Positions 54,777 through 62,447 of a DNA stretch of 64,000 bases are shown in pieces. This DNA comes from Gemmatimonadaceae bacterium (lineage in GTDB: Bacteria > Gemmatimonadota > Gemmatimonadetes > Gemmatimonadales > Gemmatimonadaceae). The position numbers and the translations under genes were made by a program. Below the pieces are notes generated by a model. It was not told the origin of the DNA. It made no database searches and saw nothing but the letters and a program-made list of their open reading frames with translations. Every line of letters begins with the position of its first letter. The first letter of the stretch is position 1. The DNA lies in the NCBI GenBank assembly GCA_036393195.1, contig DASVWN010000024.1:6880-70879 (forward strand). Direction: 5' to 3'.

Positions 54777-56480
54777 ATGACCTCGCGACGCGACTTCGTG
54801 GAGCGCACGGCGCTGGCGACACTCGGCCTCGCGTTGCCTGTTCTGGACACCCGGTTCTCCGCGCCCGCTCCAGCCGGCCACCCGCCCGCGCGGAATTTCC
54901 TCGATCTGCATCGCCCTCCGGACGTCGTACTGGTTCAGACCGCGAGCGACAATCGCGTGCTCAGCCGGGCATCCGGCGATCGCTGGATGAGCGGGGATGG
55001 CGTTGTCGTCATGACGACTCCGCACGCTCGAGCGCTGCACGTGGCGCTGTCCGCGCCCGCGGTGGCGATCAAACGTCTCTACCTGCGCTGGCACGGCGAC
55101 CTGGCCGATACGCGGCTCATCCTGGGCGACGCGTGGGAGCGCGCCTACGGGGATCTCGAGTGGCGCACATGGAATCCCGATCGCGTCATGCCGTGGTATT
55201 TCGCGGCGACCGACGGTGTGCGCACGCATGCGTACGGCGTGCGCACCGGGGCGAAGGCGTTCTGCTACTGGCAGGTCGACCCGCGCGGCATGAGTGTTTG
55301 CGCGGATGTGCGGAGCGGCGGCGCAGCCGTGGAGCTCGGTGATCGCCTGCTCGATGTGTGCGATGTGGTCCGCCGTGCGGGACACGCGGGGGAATCCGCA
55401 TTCGTCGCGATCCACGCCTTCTGCCGGCAGATGTGTCCCGGCCCGCGCCTCGCGCCCGCGCGCGTGTATGGCAGCAATGACTGGTACTGGGCATACGGCA
55501 ACAACAGCGCCGTTTCCGTGCGTACCGATGCGCAGCACATCGTCGAGCTTTCGCCCACGGGCGACAATCGTCCGTTCGTCGTGATTGATGACGGCTGGCA
55601 GCCGGGCCGCGGTCGCGAGACGACGGGCGCCGGCGCGTGGGACCGTGGCAACGAGAAGTTCCCGGACATGCCCGCGCTCGCCGCCGATGTCAGGAGCGCC
55701 GGTGCGCGCCCTGGCATCTGGATTCGCCCGCTGCAGGCCGGTGCGGACGCGCCGGACGGCTGGCGGCTGTCGCGCGATCGTGACTCACTCGATCCGACGG
55801 TACCTGAAGTCCGTGAGAAGGTGAGCGGCGACATCGCACGGCTGCGCCAGTGGGGATTCGAGCTGATCAAACATGACTACACCACGTTCGACATCCTCGG
55901 CCGCTGGGGTTTCCAGATGGGAACCGCGCTCACGCGCGATGGCTGGACGTTCGCATCGGGTCCGTCGCGGACCACCGCCGAGGTGATCACCGATCTCTAT
56001 TCGGCCATTCGTGCGGCTGCTCACGACAGCCTCGTGATGGGTTGCAACACGGTGAGTCATCTTTCGGCGGGAGTGTTCGAGATCTGCCGGATTGGCGATG
56101 ACACGAGCGGTACCGAGTGGCCGCGCACGCGCAAGATGGGCGTGAACTCGCTGGCGTTTCGGGGCGTGCAGCATGGTGCGTTCTACGAGGCCGATGCGGA
56201 CTGCGCCGGCGTCACGACCGCCGTGCCGTGGGCGCTCACCAGCCAGTGGCTGGACCTGCTGGCGCGTAGCAGCACGACGCTGTTCGTGTCTCTGGCGAGT
56301 GATGCGCTGGGCCCTCGCCAGCGAGCGGATTTGCGCACGGCGCTCGCCATGGCGGCAACGCGCCATCCTGTTGGCGAGCCGCTCGACTGGCAGCGCACGG
56401 TGTACCCGTCGCATTGGCGGTTGACGGGTCGAGAAACCGGCTACGACTGGATGGGGACAGACGGGGCAGGGTTGCCCTGA
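54777..56480 (+). CDS. alpha-galactosidase-like glycosidase (GH36/GH27 clan D-like) with Tat-type signal
   Basis: ATG at 54777 (MTSRRDFVERTALATLGLALP). FVVIDDGWQ and LIKHDYTTFD blocks typical of clan GH-D. The N-terminal half is unassigned. Confidence 0.6.
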   Translation: MTSRRDFVERTALATLGLALPVLDTRFSAPAPAGHPPARNFLDLHRPPDVVLVQTASDNRVLSRASGDRWMSGDGVVVMTTPHARALHVALSAPAVAIKRLYLRWHGDLADTRLILGDAWERAYGDLEWRTWNPDRVMPWYFAATDGVRTHAYGVRTGAKAFCYWQVDPRGMSVCADVRSGGAAVELGDRLLDVCDVVRRAGHAGESAFVAIHAFCRQMCPGPRLAPARVYGSNDWYWAYGNNSAVSVRTDAQHIVELSPTGDNRPFVVIDDGWQPGRGRETTGAGAWDRGNEKFPDMPALAADVRSAGARPGIWIRPLQAGADAPDGWRLSRDRDSLDPTVPEVREKVSGDIARLRQWGFELIKHDYTTFDILGRWGFQMGTALTRDGWTFASGPSRTTAEVITDLYSAIRAAAHDSLVMGCNTVSHLSAGVFEICRIGDDTSGTEWPRTRKMGVNSLAFRGVQHGAFYEADADCAGVTTAVPWALTSQWLDLLARSSTTLFVSLASDALGPRQRADLRTALAMAATRHPVGEPLDWQRTVYPSHWRLTGRETGYDWMGTDGAGLP

Positions 56481-56626
56481 GCGCGGCGTCTCCGCCGGTG
56501 GTCCACGTCCGGGCTGGCGCCCGCCAGCCAGGGAGAGGGGTGTTCCCATTGCCGGGACTGACGCGTCATTAGCGATTGAAGCGCCCTATCGCACGCGTTC
56601 ATCCATCATGCTTCGGGACCGCCTCC

Positions 56627-58588
56627 ATGTTCACCACTGTCACCTCCGTACGGCGCGTGCTCGTTGGCGCCCTGATCGCTGGCACGAGCATCTCCTGCGT
56701 GACGCAGGTCGTGCAGGCTCCTTCGCCAGATGTCGAGCCGGCACCGGCCGATGATCCGCCGGCGCGTGTCGGCCGGTTGGCGCTCATCTCGGGCAACCTG
56801 TCATTTCTCGCGGCCGGCGACTCGGCCTGGGCACCAGCCGTCCCGAATCGGCCAGTGACAACGGGTGATGCCTTGTGGTCCGACAACATGGCGCGCGCGG
56901 AAGTGGAAATGGGCTCCGCGGAGCTGCGCCTCGGATCGCAGACGCAAGTAAGCATCGAGCGGCTGGACGATGCGGCAATCCAGGTGAGCGTTCCGCAAGG
57001 ATCCGCAATTCTGCACGTGCACGCCCTGGCATCCGGTGAGACGGACGAGATTGATGCGCCGAATGCCGCGATCGGGCTTGGCGCCGCGGGCGAGTACCGC
57101 GTGGATGTCAGTCCCGATGGCGCCACGACCACGATAACCGTGTTCTCGGGGTCGGCGCAGGTGACGGCGGGTGGTGCGTCGTTCCCAGTGAACGCACCGC
57201 AGGTGGCCACGGTGCGCGGTGCGAGCGGCGCAACATACAACCTGGCGTACATCGGCCCGCTCGACGAATTCGCCCAATGGTCGCAGGGTCGGGACGCGAT
57301 GGAAGCGGCAGCGGAAGCCAGCGCCGCCAGCTACGTGTCGCCCGACATGCCCGGCGTCACGGACCTGGCCGCCTACGGGCAGTGGGAAGCGGACGCGGTG
57401 GACGGACCGATCTGGTATCCGCGCGCCGTGCCGCCGGGATGGGCGCCGTATCGCGATGGACATTGGATGTGGGTGTCACGGTGGGGGTGGACGTGGGTTG
57501 ACGACGCGCCGTGGGGATGGGCGCCCTTCCACTACGGTCGCTGGGCATACGTGGGCGGACGCTGGGGATGGGCTCCGGGGCGCGTCGTCGCGGAACCGGT
57601 ATACGCACCCGCGCTCGTGGTGTTCGTGGGGGGCAACGGATGGAATGCGTCGCGGTTCGGCGCGAGCGGTGGTGTGGGCTGGTTCCCGCTCGGACCTCGA
57701 GAGGCCTACCGTCCGCCGTACGCCGCCAGTCCGGGATACGTACAGCGTGTGAACATTACGAACGTCACGAACGTCACGAACGTCACGAACGTGACGAACG
57801 TGACCTATCGCAATCGCTCCGCGCCGAACGCGGTGACGACGGTTTCGCAGACGACGTTCGCCAACGGGTATCCGGTGTCGCGCGGTGTCGTGCGTCTGCC
57901 GCCGCAGGAGATCAATCGCGCGCCGATCGTGAGTCGCGCGCCGGTCGTGCCCACGCGGGTCAGCCTGGTTGGAGAAGGGGCCGCGGCACGGCAGCCCGCG
58001 CTGCCGCCCGCCGGGTTGCAACGCCGGCCGGTCGTTGCCGTGCACGCGCCGCCACCGGCACCCGTGCCGTTCTCGGTGCAGCAGCACACGCTGGCTACCA
58101 CCGCTGGCGCTCCGCTCACCGCCGCACAGGTGGAACAACTGCGCCACGATGCCCCTGTTGTCACCCTGCCGCTTCGAGTGCGTCAGACTGCGACACCAGT
58201 CCGGGGCGATGCGCCGCTCCCTCGGGTGCGCCCCATGGCTCCCGATGTGCATCCGGCGAGCACGGCACAGCCGGTGAGGCCGCCCGCGATCGAGCGGATT
58301 CCTGAGGTACCCGCGCGCGTGCCAGCGCCGGAGGTCGAGCGCGTTCCAGAGGTAGTGGGCCGGCAGCCGGCGTCGGCGGTCGAGCGTGAACCCGTGACCA
58401 CCGCCCGAGCCGCGGAACCGACAAGCCCGTCAGTCGCAGAGCGAACGCCGAAGATGGTACGGCCGGCACGACCAGCGAAGGGCCGAAAGCGCGCAAAGCC
58501 CGCGACGCCGGCGCGAAAGGCCAGCCCACCGAAGCCCGACTCGCACCCAGAGCCGGTGGACAAATCACCGGCGCCCGACAAGCCCTGA
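56627..58588 (+). CDS. FecR-domain protein with W/G-rich (WxxGxW-type) repeat region and Pro-rich tail
   Basis: ATG at 56627. FecR-like beta-rich N-domain. GHWMWVSRWGWTWVDDAPWGWAPFHYGRWAYVGGRWGWAPG block. (NVT)n repeat. About 200-aa Pro/Ala/Arg-rich C-terminus. Confidence 0.65.
   Translation: MFTTVTSVRRVLVGALIAGTSISCVTQVVQAPSPDVEPAPADDPPARVGRLALISGNLSFLAAGDSAWAPAVPNRPVTTGDALWSDNMARAEVEMGSAELRLGSQTQVSIERLDDAAIQVSVPQGSAILHVHALASGETDEIDAPNAAIGLGAAGEYRVDVSPDGATTTITVFSGSAQVTAGGASFPVNAPQVATVRGASGATYNLAYIGPLDEFAQWSQGRDAMEAAAEASAASYVSPDMPGVTDLAAYGQWEADAVDGPIWYPRAVPPGWAPYRDGHWMWVSRWGWTWVDDAPWGWAPFHYGRWAYVGGRWGWAPGRVVAEPVYAPALVVFVGGNGWNASRFGASGGVGWFPLGPREAYRPPYAASPGYVQRVNITNVTNVTNVTNVTNVTYRNRSAPNAVTTVSQTTFANGYPVSRGVVRLPPQEINRAPIVSRAPVVPTRVSLVGEGAAARQPALPPAGLQRRPVVAVHAPPPAPVPFSVQQHTLATTAGAPLTAAQVEQLRHDAPVVTLPLRVRQTATPVRGDAPLPRVRPMAPDVHPASTAQPVRPPAIERIPEVPARVPAPEVERVPEVVGRQPASAVEREPVTTARAAEPTSPSVAERTPKMVRPARPAKGRKRAKPATPARKASPPKPDSHPEPVDKSPAPDKP
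57752..57805 (+). repeat. in-frame 9-bp tandem repeat (6 units) encoding NIT-NVT-NVT-NVT-NVT-NVT
   Basis: AACATTACG, (AACGTCACG)x3, AACGTGACG, AACGTGACC. Three units are identical and three differ by 1-2 nt. Confidence 0.9.
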
Positions 58589-58617
58589 CCGCCAGCCGGA
58601 GCCGCATCACACGCGGC

Positions 58618-58902
58618 TCAGGCACCATCGGGCGTACCGCCTTCCTCCGCGCCGCCGGTACGCTCGATGTAGATCGTGTAATGCGCGGCCAGCGCGGCCA
58701 GGCCGCCAACCGCCGCCCAGAAGGGAAGCAGCGCCGCTCCGACCACGCCCGCCGTGAGCGGCATGTCCAGCACCGTACGCCCTTCGGCGTTCTTGATGAC
58801 GACGCGGCGAACGTTGCCCTCGCGCACAATCTTGCGGAGCGTGGCGAGCAACCCCTGCCCACTGACGTGCAGTTCTTCCGTGCGTCCGGCTCCGTCGGTC
58901 AT
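58618..58902 (-). CDS. DUF4342-domain small protein
   Basis: 94 aa. GGGAGG before the ATG. LLATLRKIVREGNVRRVVIKNAEGRTVLDMPLTAGVVGAALLP is the typical DUF4342 core, followed by a hydrophobic helix. Confidence 0.75.
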   Translation of the reverse strand: MTDGAGRTEELHVSGQGLLATLRKIVREGNVRRVVIKNAEGRTVLDMPLTAGVVGAALLPFWAAVGGLAALAAHYTIYIERTGGAEEGGTPDGA

Positions 58903-59162
58903 GGCGCCTCCCGTTGAGTCTGTGCGGTGACGAGGCCTCGTCCTCTGCGCTCTACGGCATCATGCACCCGGAAGGCGCCGGTGGCCAGTGCGAATTCAGG
59001 CGGGGCTCAACGCTTTGGCCGGCTCGCGCGATATACATCTGGACGCAGTGGGCCGGATTCGTGCGGGCTGGCCGCCGGCGTCCACTGGAGCGTTCTGCCG
59101 GTCCTCATCGTTCGCTCCTGCTCGCGCACCTATCGTCACTCGGAAACCTGGAGGGGTTCGTC

Positions 59163-60740
59163 ATGCGAGTACGCTTGTTGCTGCTCAGCACCGCCGCATC
59201 GCTGATTACTGTGGCATCCGCCGCCGCGCAGCGCCCGGCAGTTCCCGGAGGCCGCGGGCCTGGTCGCGGCGCAGCGCCCGGTGGTGAGTCGGCCGACACC
59301 GGCGGCGTGCCGGCGGTCGAGAAGGTCTCGACCACGCAGCACACCATCTCGATTGGTGGAAAGCCGGTCGCCTACACGGCGAACGCCGGCACCATGGTAC
59401 TGCGCGACGACGACGGGAAGCCCCGGGCCACGGTGTTCTACATCTCCTACACGCGCGACCAGCAGGACGCGGCGAATCGTCCGGTCACCTTCTTCTTCAA
59501 CGGCGGCCCCGGGTCGGCGTCCATCTGGCTCGACATGGGCATCATGAGCCCCAAGCACCCGGACATGGGCCCGGGCGGTGCGCAGCCGGCTCCCCCGTAC
59601 AATCTCGTCGACAATCCGAACTCACCCCTCGACGTCACCGACCTCGTTCAGGTTGACGCGATGATGACCGGGTACTCGCGTCCCGGCCCCGGTGTGAAGG
59701 CCACCGACTACACCGGCGCGACGAACGACATCAAGATGTTCGGAGAATTCATCCGCAACTATCTCGACAAGTATCATCGCTGGGCGTCGCCCAAGTACCT
59801 GTTCGGCGAGAGCTATGGCACGTTCCGTTCGGCGGGGCTCGCCTCCGAGCTGCAGGAGAACGAGGGCATCGAGCTGAATGGCATCATGCTCCTCGGCACC
59901 GTGCTCGACTTCCAGTACATCTCGCAGTCGCCGACGAATGACATTGGCTATGCGACATTCCTGCCGACCTACACAGCCACCGCGTGGTATCACAAGAAGC
60001 TTCCAGCGGATCTGCAAAAGGAGACGCTCGAGCAGGTTGTCCAGCAGTCGCGCGACTACGCCTTCGGCGACTATCTCACGGAACTTGCCAAGGGGAACAA
60101 GCTGACTGCGGCGGAGCGGAGCGCGGTGGCGCAGAAGCTCGCGCAGCTCACCGGCGTGTCGGAACAGTTTGCCCTGAACACGAATCTCCGGATTGACGCG
60201 GGGACGTATCGCACGGAGCTGCTGCGGGGCGACCGTGAGACGGTGGGGCGCTACGACAGCCGGCTCATCGGCATGAACGGCAACGCCGCGAACCAGCGCG
60301 AGGACTATGATCCGTCCGACGTCGCGCCGTCCGGCGCGTTCATGTCGGCGTTCATGCGGTACCTGCACCAGGATCTTAATTACTCCACGGATTTGCAGTA
60401 CTACATGGGCGGACACACCGGCCGGTGGGACTTCAGCTCACTCGGCTACGGCTATCCGAACGAGGTGGAGTCGCTGCGCCTCGCCATGGCGAAGGATCCG
60501 TACCTGCACGTCATGGTGGGCGCGGGCTACTACGACATGGCGACCCCGTTCGCGAACGCGGAATACACGTTCGATCACATCGGCTTCGACCAGACGTACA
60601 AGGACCGCGTGCAGTTCAAGTATTTCGAAAGCGGCCACATGGCCTACCTCAACCAGGCATCGGCGAAGCAGCTCAAGGCGGACATCGCGCAATTCATCGA
60701 GTCCACCCAGCACCTCAGCCAGGTGACTGCGGCGCGATAA
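59163..60740 (+). CDS. S10-family serine carboxypeptidase-like peptidase, secreted
   Basis: ATG at 59163 preceded by GGAGGGG. Signal MRVRLLLLSTAASLITVASAAAQ. FFFNGGPGSASIW and catalytic FGESYGT motifs. C-terminal SGHMAY His region. Confidence 0.85.
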   Translation: MRVRLLLLSTAASLITVASAAAQRPAVPGGRGPGRGAAPGGESADTGGVPAVEKVSTTQHTISIGGKPVAYTANAGTMVLRDDDGKPRATVFYISYTRDQQDAANRPVTFFFNGGPGSASIWLDMGIMSPKHPDMGPGGAQPAPPYNLVDNPNSPLDVTDLVQVDAMMTGYSRPGPGVKATDYTGATNDIKMFGEFIRNYLDKYHRWASPKYLFGESYGTFRSAGLASELQENEGIELNGIMLLGTVLDFQYISQSPTNDIGYATFLPTYTATAWYHKKLPADLQKETLEQVVQQSRDYAFGDYLTELAKGNKLTAAERSAVAQKLAQLTGVSEQFALNTNLRIDAGTYRTELLRGDRETVGRYDSRLIGMNGNAANQREDYDPSDVAPSGAFMSAFMRYLHQDLNYSTDLQYYMGGHTGRWDFSSLGYGYPNEVESLRLAMAKDPYLHVMVGAGYYDMATPFANAEYTFDHIGFDQTYKDRVQFKYFESGHMAYLNQASAKQLKADIAQFIESTQHLSQVTAAR

Positions 60741-60953
60741 GGGCGGGGAAGCGTCAGCTGGCCGGAGGGAAGTGGGGGCGACAGGGGCAGCCCTGGGCAG
60801 CCCCTGCCGCCTCCGGCACGCGATGAAGGCGCCTTCCCGCAGGGGCCACTGGCCCCGCTTCCCTCAGCCCCGCGGCCGCAGGCCGCCGGGGCGCTTCCCG
60901 CAGGCGGGTCGGGCCGCAGGCCCGACCCGCCGCTTCCCGCTATTTTGCAGCGC
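60741..60953. repeat. structured GC-rich intergenic array: four GCTTCCC/CTTCCC motifs interleaved with perfect hairpins
   Basis: CTTCCCGCAGG at 60834 and 60895. GCTTCCC at 60857, 60893 and 60932. Inverted GGGAAGCG/GGGAAGTG at 60745-60774. Hairpins GGGGCCactGGCCCC (60842-60856) and GCGGGTCGGGCcgcagGCCCGACCCGC (60904-60930, 11-bp stem). One GGGGCAGCCC-type element at 60784-60804. Confidence 0.5.
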
Positions 60954-61748
60954 ATGTCAGCAGAAACGCAGGCGGTGGCACGCGCGACTGGCAGCGCGCG
61001 GGTGAACGTGCTCGGCGTCGGTGTAAGTCCCATCAACATGGCGCAGGCGCTCGAGACGATTGCGGGATGGATCGCCCGGGGCGAGCACCACTACGTGTGC
61101 GTGAGCGGCGTGCATGGCGTCATGGAGAGCCAGACCGATCCGGCGCTCAAGGGCATCCACAACGCGGCCGGACTCGTCACGCCGGATGGGATGCCGCTGG
61201 TGTGGCTCTCGCGCCTGCACGGCTATGGGACGACCGATCGCGTATACGGTCCTGATCTGATGCTGGCGCTCTGCGCGCTCTCGGAATCACGACAGTACCG
61301 GCACTTCTTTTACGGCGGAGCCACGGACGTGCCCACCACGCTGGTGGCGCGCCTGCGAGAGCGTTTCCCCCGGTTGCAGGTGACGGGCTCTCTGTCGCCG
61401 CCCTTCCGCGAGCTCACCGAGGCGGAAGACGACGCGATAATGCAGCAGATCAACGAGAGCGGCGCGGACATTGTGTGGGTCGGACTGAGCACGCCAAAGC
61501 AGGAACGCTGGATGCACGCGCACGTCGGCCGGCTCGATGCGCCCGTGCTCATTGGTGTCGGCGCCGCGTTCGACTTTCACGCCGGACGGAAGAAGCAGGC
61601 GCCGCGCTGGATGCAGCGCAGCGGACTCGAATGGCTCTTCCGTCTCGGATCGGAGCCGCGACGTCTGTGGCGGCGTTATCTCATCAACAATCCGCTGTTC
61701 GTCTACCGGGTGTTGCTCCAGGCGACCGGACTGCGGCGCTACGACTGA
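60954..61748 (+). CDS. WecB/TagA/CpsF-family glycosyltransferase
   Basis: ATG at 60954. VNVLGVGVSPINMAQALETI, VTPDGMPLVW, YGPDLM, FFYGG, IVWVGLSTPKQERWM, VGAAFDFHAG and GLEWLFRL blocks. Confidence 0.85.
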   Translation: MSAETQAVARATGSARVNVLGVGVSPINMAQALETIAGWIARGEHHYVCVSGVHGVMESQTDPALKGIHNAAGLVTPDGMPLVWLSRLHGYGTTDRVYGPDLMLALCALSESRQYRHFFYGGATDVPTTLVARLRERFPRLQVTGSLSPPFRELTEAEDDAIMQQINESGADIVWVGLSTPKQERWMHAHVGRLDAPVLIGVGAAFDFHAGRKKQAPRWMQRSGLEWLFRLGSEPRRLWRRYLINNPLFVYRVLLQATGLRRYD

Positions 61749-61802
61749 CGACCGTCGATTCGCCGGCGTCGTGCCGCGGCACCGAGCGGTGATCGGTGCC
61801 GC

Positions 61803-62420
61803 GTGAGGTCTTCCGCGCGTCCTGCAACCGTGAATCGTCGTCTGCGACTTGGCCTGACCGTGGCGCTCGCCCTCTACGGCATTCCATGCCTGCTGCATCC
61901 TGGCGCGGGACGCCTGCTCGACGGCGTGGACCTCGCCATTCACGAGACGGGACATCTCGTGTTCGGTCCCTTCGGAGAGTTCATCGGCATTGCTGGTGGC
62001 ACACTCGGGCAGCTCATCATGCCGGCGGTGTTTGTCGTCTACTTCTGGCGGCGCGGCGACCGCCATGCCGCGAGCGTCGCGATCTGGTGGGTGGGACAGA
62101 GCCTCTGGAACGTGTCGGTGTACGCTGCTGACGCGCGCAGTCAACTGCTGCCACTCGTTGGCGGTGGTGAACACGACTGGGCATACATGTTCGGCAGACT
62201 CGGACTGCTGCAGCTCGACACGCGCATCGCACGCCTCATCTGGCTGACGGGCGTGCTGCTCTACGTGCTGGCGATCGTGCTCGGCGTGCGTTCCGCGCAA
62301 CAGCGCGCGGATATGGACTTGCGGTCAGACCCTCAAGGCATGGGGTCAGACCCTCAAGGCACGGATATGGACTTGGGGTCAAACCCTCAAGGCATGGGGT
62401 CAGACCCTCAAGGCGTCTGA
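61803..62420 (+). CDS. membrane protein with HExxH motif (HETGH); C-terminus runs into a repeat element
   Basis: 205-aa ORF (GTG at 61803, alternative GTG at 61830). DLAIHETGHLVFGPFGEF between hydrophobic helices. The last about 37 aa are encoded by the 54-bp tandem repeat. Confidence 0.5.
   Translation: MRSSARPATVNRRLRLGLTVALALYGIPCLLHPGAGRLLDGVDLAIHETGHLVFGPFGEFIGIAGGTLGQLIMPAVFVVYFWRRGDRHAASVAIWWVGQSLWNVSVYAADARSQLLPLVGGGEHDWAYMFGRLGLLQLDTRIARLIWLTGVLLYVLAIVLGVRSAQQRADMDLRSDPQGMGSDPQGTDMDLGSNPQGMGSDPQGV
62309..62416 (+). repeat. 54-bp tandem duplication (2 units), each containing two GGTCAGACCCTCAAGGC cores
   Basis: Unit 1 at 62309-62362 and unit 2 at 62363-62416 differ at 4 positions. 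They encode DMDLRSDPQGMGSDPQGT / DMDLGSNPQGMGSDPQGV. Confidence 0.85.
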
Positions 62421-62424
62421 CCCC
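62396..62424. terminator. hairpin between convergent genes (10-bp stem, 9-nt loop), possible bidirectional terminator
   Basis: GGGGTCAGAC cctcaaggc GTCTGACCCC. The right arm contains the TGA of the HExxH gene. No T-tract. Confidence 0.4.
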
Positions 62425-62447
62425 GAGCTTGCTGCGATTCTGCGCTG

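Noticed and set aside
56512-56529. GGCTGGCGccCGCCAGCC hairpin 31 nt after the GH36-like stop. Similar short stems lie after other genes (for example 58597-58618 between the convergent FecR-like and DUF4342 genes).
   Set aside because: The stems are short (7-8 bp), there is no T-tract, and such GC palindromes are frequent in this composition. Not strong enough to annotate as terminators.
60925-60950. Shared words (GCTTCCC, ATTTTGCAG) between this intergenic stretch and the IS5 right end, as a possible solo IS terminus.
   Set aside because: The words occur in a different order and spacing from the IS end, and no adjacent CTAG duplication or second terminus exists. Probably coincidence or very old debris. 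Mentioned within the repeat-array finding only.
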